Source: Escherichia coli (GTDB lineage: Bacteria > Pseudomonadota > Gammaproteobacteria > Enterobacterales > Enterobacteriaceae). Taken from it: DNA of 64,000 bases. A model generated the notes under the pieces. That model had not been told where the DNA came from, did no database searches, and saw nothing but the letters and a program-made list of their open reading frames with translations. Numbering within the stretch: position 1 is the stretch's first letter; every line of letters begins with the position of its first letter. The stretch lies in the NCBI RefSeq assembly GCF_003334315.1, contig NZ_QOWR01000023.1; one strand, 5' to 3'. Of the stretch, positions 1 to 11,124 are shown piece after piece. A program made the translations under genes and the position numbers.

Positions 1-149
1 GGTTGAGAAGCGGTGTAAGTGAACTGCAGTTGCCATGTTTTACGGCAGTGAGAGCAGAGATAGCGCTGATGTCCGGCAGTGCTTTTGCCGTTACGCACCA
101 CCCCGTCAGTAGCTGAACAGGAGGGACAGCTGATAGAAACAGAAGCCAC
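1..149 (-). CDS. insA: insA (IS1 transposition protein InsA), 5' part only, GTG start at 149 reading leftwards
   Basis: Minus-strand translation from GTG at 147-149 gives [23 protein letters not shown]..., the InsA N-terminus; ORF is cut by the window edge. Confidence 0.7.
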   Translation of the reverse strand, partial: MASVSISCPSCSATDGVVRNGKSTAGHQRYLCSHCRKTWQLQFTYTASQ

Positions 150-204
150 TGGAGCACCTCAAAAACACCATCATACACTAAATCAGTAAGTTGGCAGCAT
201 CACC
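1..204 (-). mobile_element. IS1 left end (terminal inverted repeat plus 5' part of insA), truncated by the window edge; element continues to the left of coordinate 1
   Basis: Sequence 1-204 is the reverse complement of the canonical IS1 left end; the 23-bp terminal repeat GGTGATGCTGCCAACTTACTGAT (minus strand) ends at 204; one mismatch to the IS1 copy I remember. Confidence 0.85.
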
Positions 205-536
205 CGTTCATTTTCTGAGCCTGTAAAACATGTGGTGATATAGTCTGAGAGCATAAAAGTTGAGATTCTGTGTATCAAGTCCTGTCTTGGCACCGAATGA
301 ATATTGCTTACGAAGCCCCTTCATGCTTTCCTTGAGAACAATAATTTTATCTTTATGTATTTTTTATAATGATGTCAGATGATTGAAATGCTAAATTATA
401 TCTGAATCAACTTTTCCTTTGCTAAAGGTATAGAAATAACTGCAAGGCTGTATTTTGTAATTGCCAATTTAAAAATGTCAATTTGTTTTTAATTATGTTT
501 TTGTAATAAGTTTGAAGACACAAAAAAATAATATAA

Positions 537-570
537 TAACAAAAATCCTCCAGCCTTGTAGGCCAGAGGA
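537..570 (-). terminator. Putative rho-independent terminator downstream of the integrase gene
   Basis: Minus-strand hairpin CCTCTGGCC-tacaa-GGCTGGAGG (two G-U pairs) followed by ATTTTTGTT, 45 bp after the int stop. Confidence 0.4.
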
Positions 571-615
571 TAAAATACTTAATTGAGGAAAACATCAGGG
601 AAAAGTATTTCTGAC

Positions 616-1800
616 TTAACTTTCCCGGCTGGAGAGTGAATCAATGTAATCAGCGTACCATTGCATCATTTCACGGCGGCCATCGAGATACAGGGCATGA
701 TTATAGGTACCCCTGATGGAATTTTTATCCACATGAGCTAACTGCATTTCAATCCAGGCGGAGTTAAAGCCTTGTTCATGCAGAATTGTACTCATGGTGT
801 GTCTGAAACCATGCCCTGTGAGTCTTCCCTTATATCCAAGTAATTCAATTACTTGGTTAATGCTTTCCTTACTAATTGGTTTGCGGGGATCATTTCTACC
901 GATAAAGACTAGGGGATGATGTTTTGAGATTGGTTCAAGCTGCTTAAATAGCATAATAACCTGCTCAGAGAGCGGCACAATATGAGGTCGCTTCATCTTC
1001 ATTACTTCTGCCGGGATCTCCCACAATTTTGTCTCAAAATCGATATCTTCCCAGCGTGCAAAACGCAGTTCTTGTGTTCGTACGCCGGTTAACATAATGA
1101 TCTGAGTAGCTGTCTTAGTGATTATACTTCCGGTATAACCCGCCAGATCGTTGAGGAAGTGGGGAAGTTCATTAGCAGTAAGAAAGGGAAAATGTACTTT
1201 TTTCGGTGTAGCTAAAGCACTGGCAAGATCGGGGGCTGGGTTATAGTCTGCCCGGCCAGTAACAATTGCATAGCGGAACACCTCACCACAGCGCTGGCGT
1301 ACCTTGCGCATTTTCTCCAGAGCTCCACGTTTTTCCATTTTACGCAGTGCTTCCAGTAACTCCATTGGTTTGATTTCGGCAATAGGGCGCTTGCCAATGT
1401 AGGGAAAAATGTCTTTTTCAAAGGTATCAATGATTTCATCACGATAGCGTAATGACCACCGATCGGCTTTTGACTGGTGCCATTCGCGAGCAATAGCCTC
1501 GAACGTATTTTTCAGACTTATTTGCTGCGCGATTTTTTCTTCCTTTTTTGCCTCCCCTGGATCGCCTCCAGCAGCGAGGAGTTTCCTGGCTTCACTGCGT
1601 TTCTCGCGAGCATCGGCTAGCGTTACATCGGGGTATACGCCAATAGAAAGCATCTTTTCTTTACCAGCAAAGCGGTACTTCATGCGCCAGTATTTAGAAC
1701 CATTAGTGTTAATCAGTAGATACATACCGCCGCCATCAGCAAGCTTATAGGGTTTGTCTTTGGGTTTTGCGGTTTTCACTTTGATATCGGTTAATGCCAT
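616..1800 (-). CDS. int: P4-family tyrosine integrase (phage/island integrase), full length 394 aa
   Basis: ORF track 394 aa; N-terminus MALTDIKVKTAKPKDKPYKLADGGGMYL and C-terminal HGFRHT and LAHVDKNSIRGTYNHALY motifs (HxxR and catalytic Tyr) typical of P4-like integrases; sits directly next to the 3' end of a tRNA gene. Confidence 0.95.
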   Translation of the reverse strand: MALTDIKVKTAKPKDKPYKLADGGGMYLLINTNGSKYWRMKYRFAGKEKMLSIGVYPDVTLADAREKRSEARKLLAAGGDPGEAKKEEKIAQQISLKNTFEAIAREWHQSKADRWSLRYRDEIIDTFEKDIFPYIGKRPIAEIKPMELLEALRKMEKRGALEKMRKVRQRCGEVFRYAIVTGRADYNPAPDLASALATPKKVHFPFLTANELPHFLNDLAGYTGSIITKTATQIIMLTGVRTQELRFARWEDIDFETKLWEIPAEVMKMKRPHIVPLSEQVIMLFKQLEPISKHHPLVFIGRNDPRKPISKESINQVIELLGYKGRLTGHGFRHTMSTILHEQGFNSAWIEMQLAHVDKNSIRGTYNHALYLDGRREMMQWYADYIDSLSSRES

Positions 1801-2099
1801 GACATCCTCCGGCTTTTGATGAATTCATGTTCCTGAGGGGGATTTCTGCCAGTAACTAACCTGATACCCCCAATACACCCCTTGTATAACAAAGATGTTG
1901 TTAAAAGCCGTTGTTATGTATCACATTTTTCCTATTATGGGGGTGCTTGTATTTCAATAGGAAATAACACCCCCTAAAGTACCCCCAAAAGAAACTTGAT
2001 ACGGGGTGAAGTAGGTTGACCTCAGGATACAAATAAATACTGATATACAAGGGATTAGAAGAGATTTATTGACATTGGGAGAGTTCAGAAGAGGTAAAC

Positions 2100-2194
2100 T
2101 GGCGGAAGATCACAGGAGTCGAACCTGCCCGGGACCGCTGGCGGCCCCAACTGGATTTGAAGTCCAGCCGCCTCACCGGAGACGACGATCTTCC
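2100..2194 (-). tRNA. selC: tRNA-Sec (selenocysteine tRNA, selC), 95 nt including CCA
   Basis: Minus-strand sequence GGAAGATCGTCGTCTCCGGTGAGGCGGCTGGACTTCAAATCCAGTTGGGGCCGCCAGCGGTCCCGGGCAGGTTCGACTCCTGTGATCTTCCGCCA matches E. coli selC as I remember it; long extra arm and UCA anticodon. Confidence 0.97.
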
Positions 2195-2486
2195 GCGCCT
2201 CGATTGCTACATGGAGGCGGGGCGCATTATAGCTACTTCCTTGAGTTTCTACATCCCCCAGATCAGTTTTTTCCGCCTAATACACGCAGCGTATTATCAC
2301 GAAAGCATTATAGTTCATATAAAACCCATATTTTACAATGATATATGAGCGGAATTAACGCTACCACGATCACATAAAACAAGAATCATAAATTAATAAC
2401 CAGATATCGGAATATTCGCTCTCACAGGGATGGTTTACAAAATGCGTTATCGGTCTCAGCACCCCTATAGCATCAAGGAAAAGCAG

Positions 2487-3869
2487 ATGAAGAGTGAAGT
2501 GTTGTCCGTTAAAGAGAAAATTGGTTATGGCATGGGAGACGCCGCCAGCCACATTATTTTCGATAACGTAATGTTATATATGATGTTCTTTTATACCGAT
2601 ATTTTTGGCATTCCTGCCGGTTTTGTCGGAACCATGTTTTTGGTCGCTCGTGCACTGGATGCGATTTCCGATCCTTGCATGGGGTTGTTGGCCGATCGAA
2701 CGCGCTCTCGCTGGGGTAAATTTCGTCCGTGGGTACTGTTTGGCGCACTGCCATTCGGGATCGTCTGTGTACTGGCCTATAGCACTCCAGATCTCAGTAT
2801 GAACGGCAAAATGATCTATGCAGCAATTACTTACACCCTACTTACCTTACTTTATACCGTCGTCAATATCCCTTACTGCGCATTGGGTGGTGTAATCACC
2901 AATGACCCGACTCAGCGTATCTCGCTGCAATCCTGGCGTTTTGTGCTGGCGACCGCGGGAGGCATGCTTTCTACTGTTCTGATGATGCCACTGGTTAATT
3001 TAATTGGCGGTGATAATAAACCACTCGGTTTCCAGGGCGGTATCGCGGTCCTTTCCGTGGTGGCATTCATGATGCTGGCATTTTGTTTCTTCACCACTAA
3101 AGAACGCGTTGAAGCACCACCTACAACAACGTCTATGCGGGAAGATTTACGTGATATCTGGCAAAACGACCAGTGGCGGATTGTCGGTTTACTAACCATT
3201 TTCAATATCCTGGCGGTGTGCGTACGCGGTGGGGCGATGATGTATTACGTCACATGGATTTTGGGCACGCCGGAAGTGTTTGTCGCTTTTCTCACCACTT
3301 ATTGCGTGGGTAACCTGATTGGTTCCGCACTGGCAAAACCTCTGACCGACTGGAAATGTAAAGTCACTATCTTCTGGTGGACGAACGCCCTGCTGGCAGT
3401 GATTAGCCTCGCGATGTTCTTTGTTCCCATGCAGGCCAGCATCACTATGTTTGTCTTCATCTTCGTGATTGGTGTGTTGCATCAACTGGTGACACCTATC
3501 CAGTGGGTAATGATGTCCGATACCGTCGACTACGGCGAGTGGTGCAATGGTAAACGCCTGACCGGGATCAGTTTTGCTGGCACGCTGTTTGTGCTCAAAC
3601 TGGGGTTGGCCTTCGGCGGCGCTCTTATCGGCTGGATGCTGGCTTATGGCGGATATGATGCGGCAGAAAAAGCGCAGAACAGCGCCACGATTAGCATCAT
3701 TATTGCGCTATTCACGATTGTTCCGGCGATCTGTTATTTGCTGAGCGCGATTATCGCTAAACGCTACTACTCACTCACGACGCACAATCTGAAAACCGTT
3801 ATGGAACAGCTGGCTCAGGGTAAACGCCGTTGCCAGCAACAATTCACCTCTCAAGAAGTGCAGAACTAA
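2487..3869 (+). CDS. yicJ: GPH-family glycoside/xyloside:cation symporter YicJ
   Basis: ORF track (2430-3869); known N-terminus MKSEVLSVKEKIGYGMGD begins at ATG 2487; 12-TM-like hydrophobic profile; synteny with yicI. Confidence 0.9.
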   Translation: MKSEVLSVKEKIGYGMGDAASHIIFDNVMLYMMFFYTDIFGIPAGFVGTMFLVARALDAISDPCMGLLADRTRSRWGKFRPWVLFGALPFGIVCVLAYSTPDLSMNGKMIYAAITYTLLTLLYTVVNIPYCALGGVITNDPTQRISLQSWRFVLATAGGMLSTVLMMPLVNLIGGDNKPLGFQGGIAVLSVVAFMMLAFCFFTTKERVEAPPTTTSMREDLRDIWQNDQWRIVGLLTIFNILAVCVRGGAMMYYVTWILGTPEVFVAFLTTYCVGNLIGSALAKPLTDWKCKVTIFWWTNALLAVISLAMFFVPMQASITMFVFIFVIGVLHQLVTPIQWVMMSDTVDYGEWCNGKRLTGISFAGTLFVLKLGLAFGGALIGWMLAYGGYDAAEKAQNSATISIIIALFTIVPAICYLLSAIIAKRYYSLTTHNLKTVMEQLAQGKRRCQQQFTSQEVQN

Positions 3870-3878
3870 GGAACGGCA

Positions 3879-6197
3879 ATGAAAATTAGCGATGGAAACT
3901 GGTTGATTCAACCTGGCCTCAATTTGATTCACCCGCTTCAGGTGTTCGAGGTTGAACAGCAGGATAATGAAATGGTGGTCTATGCTGCCCCCCGTGATGT
4001 GCGTGAACGTACCTGGCAGCTTGATACGCCTTTATTTACGTTGCGCTTTTTCTCCCCACAGGAAGGTATTGTCGGTGTGCGGATTGAGCATTTTCAGGGG
4101 GCGCTGAATAACGGTCCTCATTATCCGCTCAATATTTTGCAGGACGTGAAGGTCACAATCGAAAACACAGAACGTTATGCTGAGTTTAAAAGTGGCAACT
4201 TAAGCGCGCGTGTCAGCAAAGGTGAGTTCTGGTCACTGGATTTTCTGCGCAACGGCGAACGTATTACCGGTAGTCAGGTGAAAAATAATGGCTACGTGCA
4301 GGACACGAATAATCAACGCAATTATATGTTTGAGCGGCTTGATCTTGGCGTTGGCGAAACAGTTTACGGTCTGGGAGAGCGCTTTACTGCCCTGGTGCGC
4401 AATGGCCAGACGGTAGAGACCTGGAACCGGGACGGCGGCACAAGTACTGAACAGGCGTATAAAAATATCCCGTTCTACATGACTAACCGTGGTTATGGGG
4501 TACTGGTCAATCATCCCCAGTGTGTCTCTTTTGAAGTGGGATCGGAGAAAGTCTCCAAAGTGCAGTTCAGCGTTGAGAGTGAATATCTCGAATACTTTGT
4601 TATCGACGGCCCGACGCCGAAAGCGGTACTTGATCGTTATACCCGCTTTACTGGTCGTCCGGCGCTGCCGCCCGCGTGGTCCTTCGGCCTGTGGCTAACC
4701 ACTTCATTTACCACCAACTACGACGAAGCGACGGTAAACAGCTTTATCGATGGTATGGCGGAACGCAATCTGCCGCTGCATGTTTTCCACTTTGACTGTT
4801 TCTGGATGAAAGCCTTCCAGTGGTGCGATTTTGAGTGGGACCCGCTGACTTTCCCTGACCCGGAAGGGATGATCCGCCGCCTGAAAGCGAAAGGACTGAA
4901 AATCTGCGTCTGGATTAACCCCTATATCGGTCAAAAATCCCCCGTCTTTAAAGAGTTACAAGAGAAAGGCTATTTACTCAAACGCCCGGACGGTTCGCTA
5001 TGGCAGTGGGATAAATGGCAGCCAGGTCTGGCGATTTATGACTTTACCAATCCGGATGCCTGCAAATGGTACGCCGACAAACTGAAAGGTCTGGTCGCGA
5101 TGGGCGTTGATTGCTTTAAGACCGACTTTGGCGAACGTATCCCAACTGATGTTCAGTGGTTTGACGGTTCCGATCCGCAGAAAATGCATAACCATTATGC
5201 GTACATCTACAACGAACTGGTGTGGAACGTGCTCAAGGACACCGTTGGTGAGGAAGAAGCTGTCTTGTTTGCCCGCTCGGCCTCCGTCGGTGCGCAGAAA
5301 TTCCCGGTACACTGGGGTGGCGATTGTTACGCTAACTACGAATCAATGGCGGAAAGCCTGCGCGGTGGTTTGTCTATTGGCCTTTCAGGTTTTGGCTTCT
5401 GGAGCCACGATATCGGCGGCTTTGAAAATACCGCTCCGGCGCACGTTTACAAACGCTGGTGCGCGTTTGGTTTGCTCTCCAGCCATAGCCGTTTACACGG
5501 TAGCAAATCTTATCGTGTGCCGTGGGCCTACGATGATGAGTCCTGTGATGTGGTGCGCTTCTTCACGCAACTGAAATGCCGCATGATGCCGTATCTGTAT
5601 CGTGAAGCTGCGCGTGCGAACGCGCGGGGTACGCCGATGATGCGGGCCATGATGATGGAGTTCCCGGACGATCCGGCTTGTGATTACCTTGACCGTCAAT
5701 ACATGTTAGGCGACAACGTGATGGTTGCGCCGGTGTTCACTGAAGCGGGCGATGTGCAGTTCTACCTGCCGGAAGGTCGCTGGACACACCTGTGGCACAA
5801 CGATGAACTCGACGGTAGTCGCTGGCATAAACAGCAGCACGGCTTCCTGAGTCTGCCCGTTTATGTGCGTGATAACACTCTACTGGCGCTGGGCAACAAC
5901 GATCAACGTCCCGATTACGTGTGGCACGAAGGCACGGCATTCCACCTCTTTAATCTGCAAGACGGGCATGAAGCCGTCTGTGAAGTACCCGCTGCTGACG
6001 GATCGGTGATCTTTACTTTAAAAGCAGCACGTACTGGCAACACGATTACTGTGACTGGTGCGGGCGAGGCGAAGAACTGGACACTGTGCCTGCGCAATGT
6101 TGTGAAAGTAAATGGTCTGCAAGACGGTTCGCAGGCTGAAAGTGAGCAGGGGCTGGTGGTGAAGCCTCAAGGGAATGCGCTGACAATTACGTTGTAA
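3879..6197 (+). CDS. yicI: alpha-xylosidase YicI (GH31 family)
   Basis: ORF track 772 aa, same length as K-12 YicI; GH31 motifs (WIDMNE-like region KTDFGERIP); 10 bp after yicJ. Confidence 0.92.
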
Positions 6198-6249
6198 TCT
6201 ATTGATGGAATGCCGGGTACGTCTGAGTCGTACCCGGCGAGATTGATGT

Positions 6250-7959
6250 TTACCGCACCGGCTCCGTCGATGTAACTTCACCGCTGGAAACGATGCCAGC
6301 ATTCATGGTTTGAGTCACTTGCTGCTTTGCGGCGTTCACGGCATGCAATTGCCCGCTAACCGTAGGTTTCAACGGGACATTGGCCTGAATATCGCCACTG
6401 GCGGTAAGCTGAATATTGCCGTCGCCAGTCAACGGTAATTCAGGCCATCCCCACTGTTGCAAAATATTCACCGGCACACCGCGTCCATTCAGGCTGATAT
6501 GTGTCTGACGTTGTGGCGTTTGTGAAACACTGGCGGTGGCTTCCAGAATGCCTTTTTCAGTAAATGCACTCAGTTCGCTGATATTCACCGTGCTGCTGTT
6601 GGCGGTCAGCGCCAGCGACGGGCGACGAACATCAACACGATTGAATGTCGCGGCGGCGGCATTCAGATTCGCCGAGCCACTCCAGACGCCCCATTTATGA
6701 TCGGTAACCAGCGTCAGGTTGGCACCGTAACCATCGAGCGCGGTGAGCTGCCACGGGAAGTCAGGGTCGATATCAATGATCAGATTGCGGCTGGCGCTAA
6801 ATCTCTTCAGTTGCAGGCTGTTTAACCAACCGGGTGTCGTTTCCATCCACAACTGTTGCCAGTTTTTCGGCAAGGTATATTCCAGCCCGGCAATTGCCGC
6901 ATCATCAAGGATCAACGTTTTCCCGTCACGCAGCCAGTTCCCTGACGTTCTGACCATACCCCCTTCCCAGCGGCTGGTGAACTGGCGCAGCGCTACGCCC
7001 TGCGGGGAAAATTCCGTGTTTATAATCGGGTCAAATAAATGCAGCGAACCATAAATGAACTCGCTAGCGTTCATCGACAGTTTGCCTTCCTGTGTCTGCC
7101 AGTCATCTTTACTGAAGGTCATGTTGCGCAAGCTGAGATCGAGGTCGGTCACCGCCCAGTCCGGACCTTGCAAACGAGCATCGATCACTTCCAGGCGACC
7201 AATCTGCAACGACGGGACAGAGCGTAATGGCGCAAAGAAGTCGGTTAGCGATTTTTCGCTTTGTAGACGTATATCCGCCATGCGCAGGTTTTCCACTTGC
7301 CAGCTGCCGTCGGCGTTACGCTGCGCGTTTCCGGTTAATGTCCCGCGGGCGATGTCGGCACCCAGGTTAGTCAGCGTAACGCGATCGTTATCAATACTGC
7401 CTTCAATCAGTACATTGGTGGCAGGAACATCATTGAGCGAAAGCGATCCGGCACTAAACTGAATCTGCGCCTTCGTACCCAGCACTTTACCGGCTTTTGG
7501 TGACCACGGAACTACGCCGCCATTTACCCGCTGCGCGCTCAGTTTCCATTCGCTATTCGGGCTATTAAACGCCATATCACGCAGTTGCAGACGATCGGCT
7601 TTGAACGGTAGCGGCGCGGTCTGGTCGGTGAGATTCAGCGTCCCGTTTTCCAGCAGGATGGTATCGACATGGCGTGGTTCGGTCAGTTGCCGACTGCTTA
7701 GCGCAATGTCGACACTTTTGGCCACCAGGGTCGCGGGCTGGCCATCACGACCAAACGTGACGTTCTCCAGCACGATATGAGATGGCGCGGAAAAACGGTG
7801 ATCCATCGCCCCGAAGGCCAGATGATAGTCGCTATTCTCGGAAACCCATGCGCTGATATGTTCTGCTCCCCAGCGGGTTTGCAGAAGAAAATAGAGGCCA
7901 GCGATCGCCACTAACAGAGCGATGAGAATGTAGAGAAGCAGCTTCCCAATAAATTTCAT
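6250..7959 (-). CDS. yicH: AsmA-family outer-membrane assembly protein YicH
   Basis: ORF track 577 aa; N-terminal signal/anchor MKFIGKLLLYILIALLVAIAGLYFLL; conserved position. Confidence 0.88.
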   Translation of the reverse strand: MKFIGKLLLYILIALLVAIAGLYFLLQTRWGAEHISAWVSENSDYHLAFGAMDHRFSAPSHIVLENVTFGRDGQPATLVAKSVDIALSSRQLTEPRHVDTILLENGTLNLTDQTAPLPFKADRLQLRDMAFNSPNSEWKLSAQRVNGGVVPWSPKAGKVLGTKAQIQFSAGSLSLNDVPATNVLIEGSIDNDRVTLTNLGADIARGTLTGNAQRNADGSWQVENLRMADIRLQSEKSLTDFFAPLRSVPSLQIGRLEVIDARLQGPDWAVTDLDLSLRNMTFSKDDWQTQEGKLSMNASEFIYGSLHLFDPIINTEFSPQGVALRQFTSRWEGGMVRTSGNWLRDGKTLILDDAAIAGLEYTLPKNWQQLWMETTPGWLNSLQLKRFSASRNLIIDIDPDFPWQLTALDGYGANLTLVTDHKWGVWSGSANLNAAAATFNRVDVRRPSLALTANSSTVNISELSAFTEKGILEATASVSQTPQRQTHISLNGRGVPVNILQQWGWPELPLTGDGNIQLTASGDIQANVPLKPTVSGQLHAVNAAKQQVTQTMNAGIVSSGEVTSTEPVR

Positions 7960-8079
7960 GGTCTTCCATCCCGTGAAATGCACATAAGGGAGTTATGCAC
8001 GATTTACGCGCAATCCTCAAGGCGGGAATGGTTAAAGAGGTGAGACTGCGGCGGTAATTATCTTACCGCCGCCAGTGAA

Positions 8080-9471
8080 TTACTGTTTTTCTGGTGGGAA
8101 AATCAGATTCAGCACGATGGCAGTAATACCGCCCGCGGCGATCCCGGAGGAGAGCAGGTTTTTCAGCCATTCAGGGGCAAACTGCAAAATCAGCGGCTGC
8201 TGAGACACGCCCAGACCAACCGCCAGCGACAGCGCGATAATCAGAATCGCCCGACGGTTCAGCGGCTCACGAGAAACGATACGCACACCGGAGGCGGCGA
8301 TGGTGCCAAACATTACAAGCGTTGCGCCGCCCAGAACCGGTTCTGGAATGTGTTGTACAAAACCGCTCACTGCCGGGAACAGACCCAGCACGATCAACAT
8401 CAGCGCGACGACAAAACCGACATAGCGGCTGGCAACACCAGTCAACTGGATCACTCCGTTGTTTTGCCCGAAGCAGGAGTTCGGGAAGGTGTTAAACACC
8501 GCCGAAACAAACGAGTTCAGGCCGTTTGCCAGCACGCCGCCTTTCAGGCGTTTCATGTACAGCGGACCGGACACTGGCTGTTCGGAAACGTCAGAGGTCG
8601 CCGTGATATCGCCAATGGTTTCCAGCGAAGTGATCATAAAGACCAGCATCAGCGGCAGCAGCAGACTCCATTCAATGCCAAGACCGTAATAGAGCGGCGT
8701 TGGCACCATAATCAGTTCTTGCGTCATAGGTTCGTTGCTTTCTGGCAACATGCCCATAAACCACGCCAGCGCATATCCGGCCGCCATCGCAATTACCAGT
8801 GAGGCCACGCGTAAGTAAGGGTTACGTTGACGGTTAAGCAGGATAATTAAGGCTAAGACCACGCCTGCCAGCAGCAGATTTTTCGGTGCGCCGAAGGTGT
8901 TATCGCTCATGGCTGCGTAACCGCCGCCAATGGACGTTAACCCAACCTGAATTAGCGACAGGCCGATAATCATCACCACAACGCCAGAAACCAGCGGCGT
9001 AATAATGCGGCGCGCCAGATGCAGAACGCGGGAGATCACCATCTCGGTGCAACTTGCCAGCATCAACGTGCCGAACAAAGCCGCCATCATGGTAGGAACA
9101 TCAGCACCACCGGTTTTCAGCGCGGTACCGCCCATAATCAGCGGGGCAACAAAGTTGAAGCTGGTGCCCTGAATAGACAACAGCCCGGAGCCAACCGGAC
9201 CCCAGGCCTTAATTTGAATAATCGATGCCACACCGGAGGCAAACAGCGACATACTAATAATGTGTTGCGTGTCTTGTGCCGGTAAACCCAGCGCCTGGCA
9301 GATTAATAGCGCTGGCGTGATCACCGCAACGAACATCGCCAGCAGATGCTGACAGGCGGCAAACAGGGTTTGAGGAAGCGGCGGACGATCTTCAAGACGG
9401 TAAATCAGTTCGCTGTTTTGAGTCTGCGCAACCGGTTGCGCATTTTCTGACTCGAGGGTGGAAACAGACAT
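8080..9471 (-). CDS. xanP: xanthine permease XanP (NCS2 family; formerly YicE)
   Basis: ORF track 466 aa; N-terminus [35 protein letters not shown]; polytopic membrane protein. Confidence 0.9.
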
Positions 9472-9750
9472 CGAAAACAATCCCGTGGTAGCAAAGCGGG
9501 CATTTTAGCTGACCGAAAGAGAAAAGCAAACGTTTGCCACATCCTCATCTAAATATTTAAATGAGATAAATGCACTTTTTTATATAACTTTTGGTATTTT
9601 TCTGCTTAAAATCCATGCCATTTGTTCATTAACAGCTGAGAATTTGACCCAGGAAAGCATAACTCGATACCCGTCATAGTTCATGAAGTTGCCACTGCGC
9701 GATGAAGTATGACGAGTATGAAAGAGTGATGCGGATACAAAGGAGTAACT

Positions 9751-10956
9751 ATGTTTCATCTCGATACTTTAGCAACGCTTGTTGCCGCAACGCTGACGTT
9801 GCTGCTCGGGCGTAAGTTGGTCCATTCCGTCTCCTTTTTGAAGAAATACACCATACCGGAACCTGTTGCGGGTGGTTTGTTGGTGGCGCTGGCGCTACTA
9901 GTACTGAAAAAAAGCATGGGCTGGGAAGTCAACTTTGATATGTCCCTGCGCGATCCGTTAATGCTGGCTTTCTTCGCCACCATTGGCCTGAACGCCAACA
10001 TTGCCAGTTTGCGTGCCGGTGGGCGTGTGGTTGGCATCTTCTTGATTGTGGTTGTTGGTCTGTTGGTGATGCAAAATGCCATTGGCATTGGTATGGCTAG
10101 CTTGTTAGGGCTTGATCCGCTGATGGGGCTGTTGGCCGGTTCTATTACGCTTTCCGGCGGTCACGGTACGGGCGCTGCGTGGAGTAAATTGTTCATTGAA
10201 CGTTATGGCTTCACCAATGCGACGGAAGTGGCGATGGCCTGTGCAACGTTCGGTCTGGTGCTGGGCGGCTTGATTGGCGGTCCGGTGGCGCGCTATCTGG
10301 TGAAACACTCCACCACGCCGAACGGTATTCCGGATGACCAGGAAGTCCCGACGGCGTTTGAAAAGCCGGATGTGGGACGCATGATCACCTCGTTGGTGCT
10401 GATTGAAACTATCGCGCTGATTGCTATCTGCCTGACGGTGGGGAAAATTGTTGCGCAACTTTTGGCTGGCACTGCTTTTGAACTGCCGACCTTCGTCTGT
10501 GTACTGTTTGTTGGCGTGATTCTGAGCAACGGTCTGTCAATAATGGGCTTTTACCGCGTCTTTGAGCGTGCGGTATCCGTGCTGGGTAACGTAAGCTTGT
10601 CGTTGTTCCTGGCGATGGCGTTGATGGGGCTGAAACTGTGGGAGCTGGCTTCGCTGGCGCTGCCGATGCTGGCGATTCTGGTGGTACAGACCATCTTCAT
10701 GGCGTTGTATGCCATCTTCGTTACCTGGCGCATGATGGGCAAAAACTACGATGCGGCAGTGCTGGCTGCGGGTCACTGTGGTTTTGGCCTCGGTGCAACG
10801 CCAACGGCAATCGCCAACATGCAGGCGATCACTGAACGCTTTGGCCCGTCGCACATGGCGTTTTTGGTGGTGCCGATGGTCGGTGCGTTCTTTATCGATA
10901 TCGTCAATGCGCTGGTAATTAAGTTGTATTTGATGTTGCCGATTTTTGCCGGTTAA
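9751..10956 (+). CDS. gltS: sodium/glutamate symporter GltS
   Basis: ORF track 401 aa; highly hydrophobic; conserved position between xanP and recG. Confidence 0.92.
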   Translation: MFHLDTLATLVAATLTLLLGRKLVHSVSFLKKYTIPEPVAGGLLVALALLVLKKSMGWEVNFDMSLRDPLMLAFFATIGLNANIASLRAGGRVVGIFLIVVVGLLVMQNAIGIGMASLLGLDPLMGLLAGSITLSGGHGTGAAWSKLFIERYGFTNATEVAMACATFGLVLGGLIGGPVARYLVKHSTTPNGIPDDQEVPTAFEKPDVGRMITSLVLIETIALIAICLTVGKIVAQLLAGTAFELPTFVCVLFVGVILSNGLSIMGFYRVFERAVSVLGNVSLSLFLAMALMGLKLWELASLALPMLAILVVQTIFMALYAIFVTWRMMGKNYDAAVLAAGHCGFGLGATPTAIANMQAITERFGPSHMAFLVVPMVGAFFIDIVNALVIKLYLMLPIFAG

Positions 10957-10999
10957 CCGATGAAGCGGCGGTAGAAGTGCCGCCGCAACAAAGACAAAT

Positions 11000-11081
11000 G
11001 CCTGATACGCTTCGCTTATCAAGCCTGCGTATTGATTCATAATTTATTGAATTTGTAGGGTGATGAATCGCATCCGGCAGG
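11000..11081. repeat. REP/BIME-like palindromic units between gltS and recG
   Basis: Two oppositely oriented REP-like motifs (GCCTGATACGCTTCGCTTATCAAGCC and GCCGGATGCGATTCATCACCCTACA on opposite strands). Confidence 0.55.
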
Positions 11082-11124
11082 AAGGTAGGGTAACCTGAAA
11101 TGGCGGTCTTCTCACTGCCGCCTT

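Noticed and set aside
1212-1493. 93-aa minus-strand ORF
   Set aside because: Alternative frame inside the integrase gene; no support.
2069-2348. 90-aa and 63-aa + strand ORFs
   Set aside because: They overlap the selC tRNA gene on the opposite strand and have an implausible Arg/Pro-rich composition; spurious.
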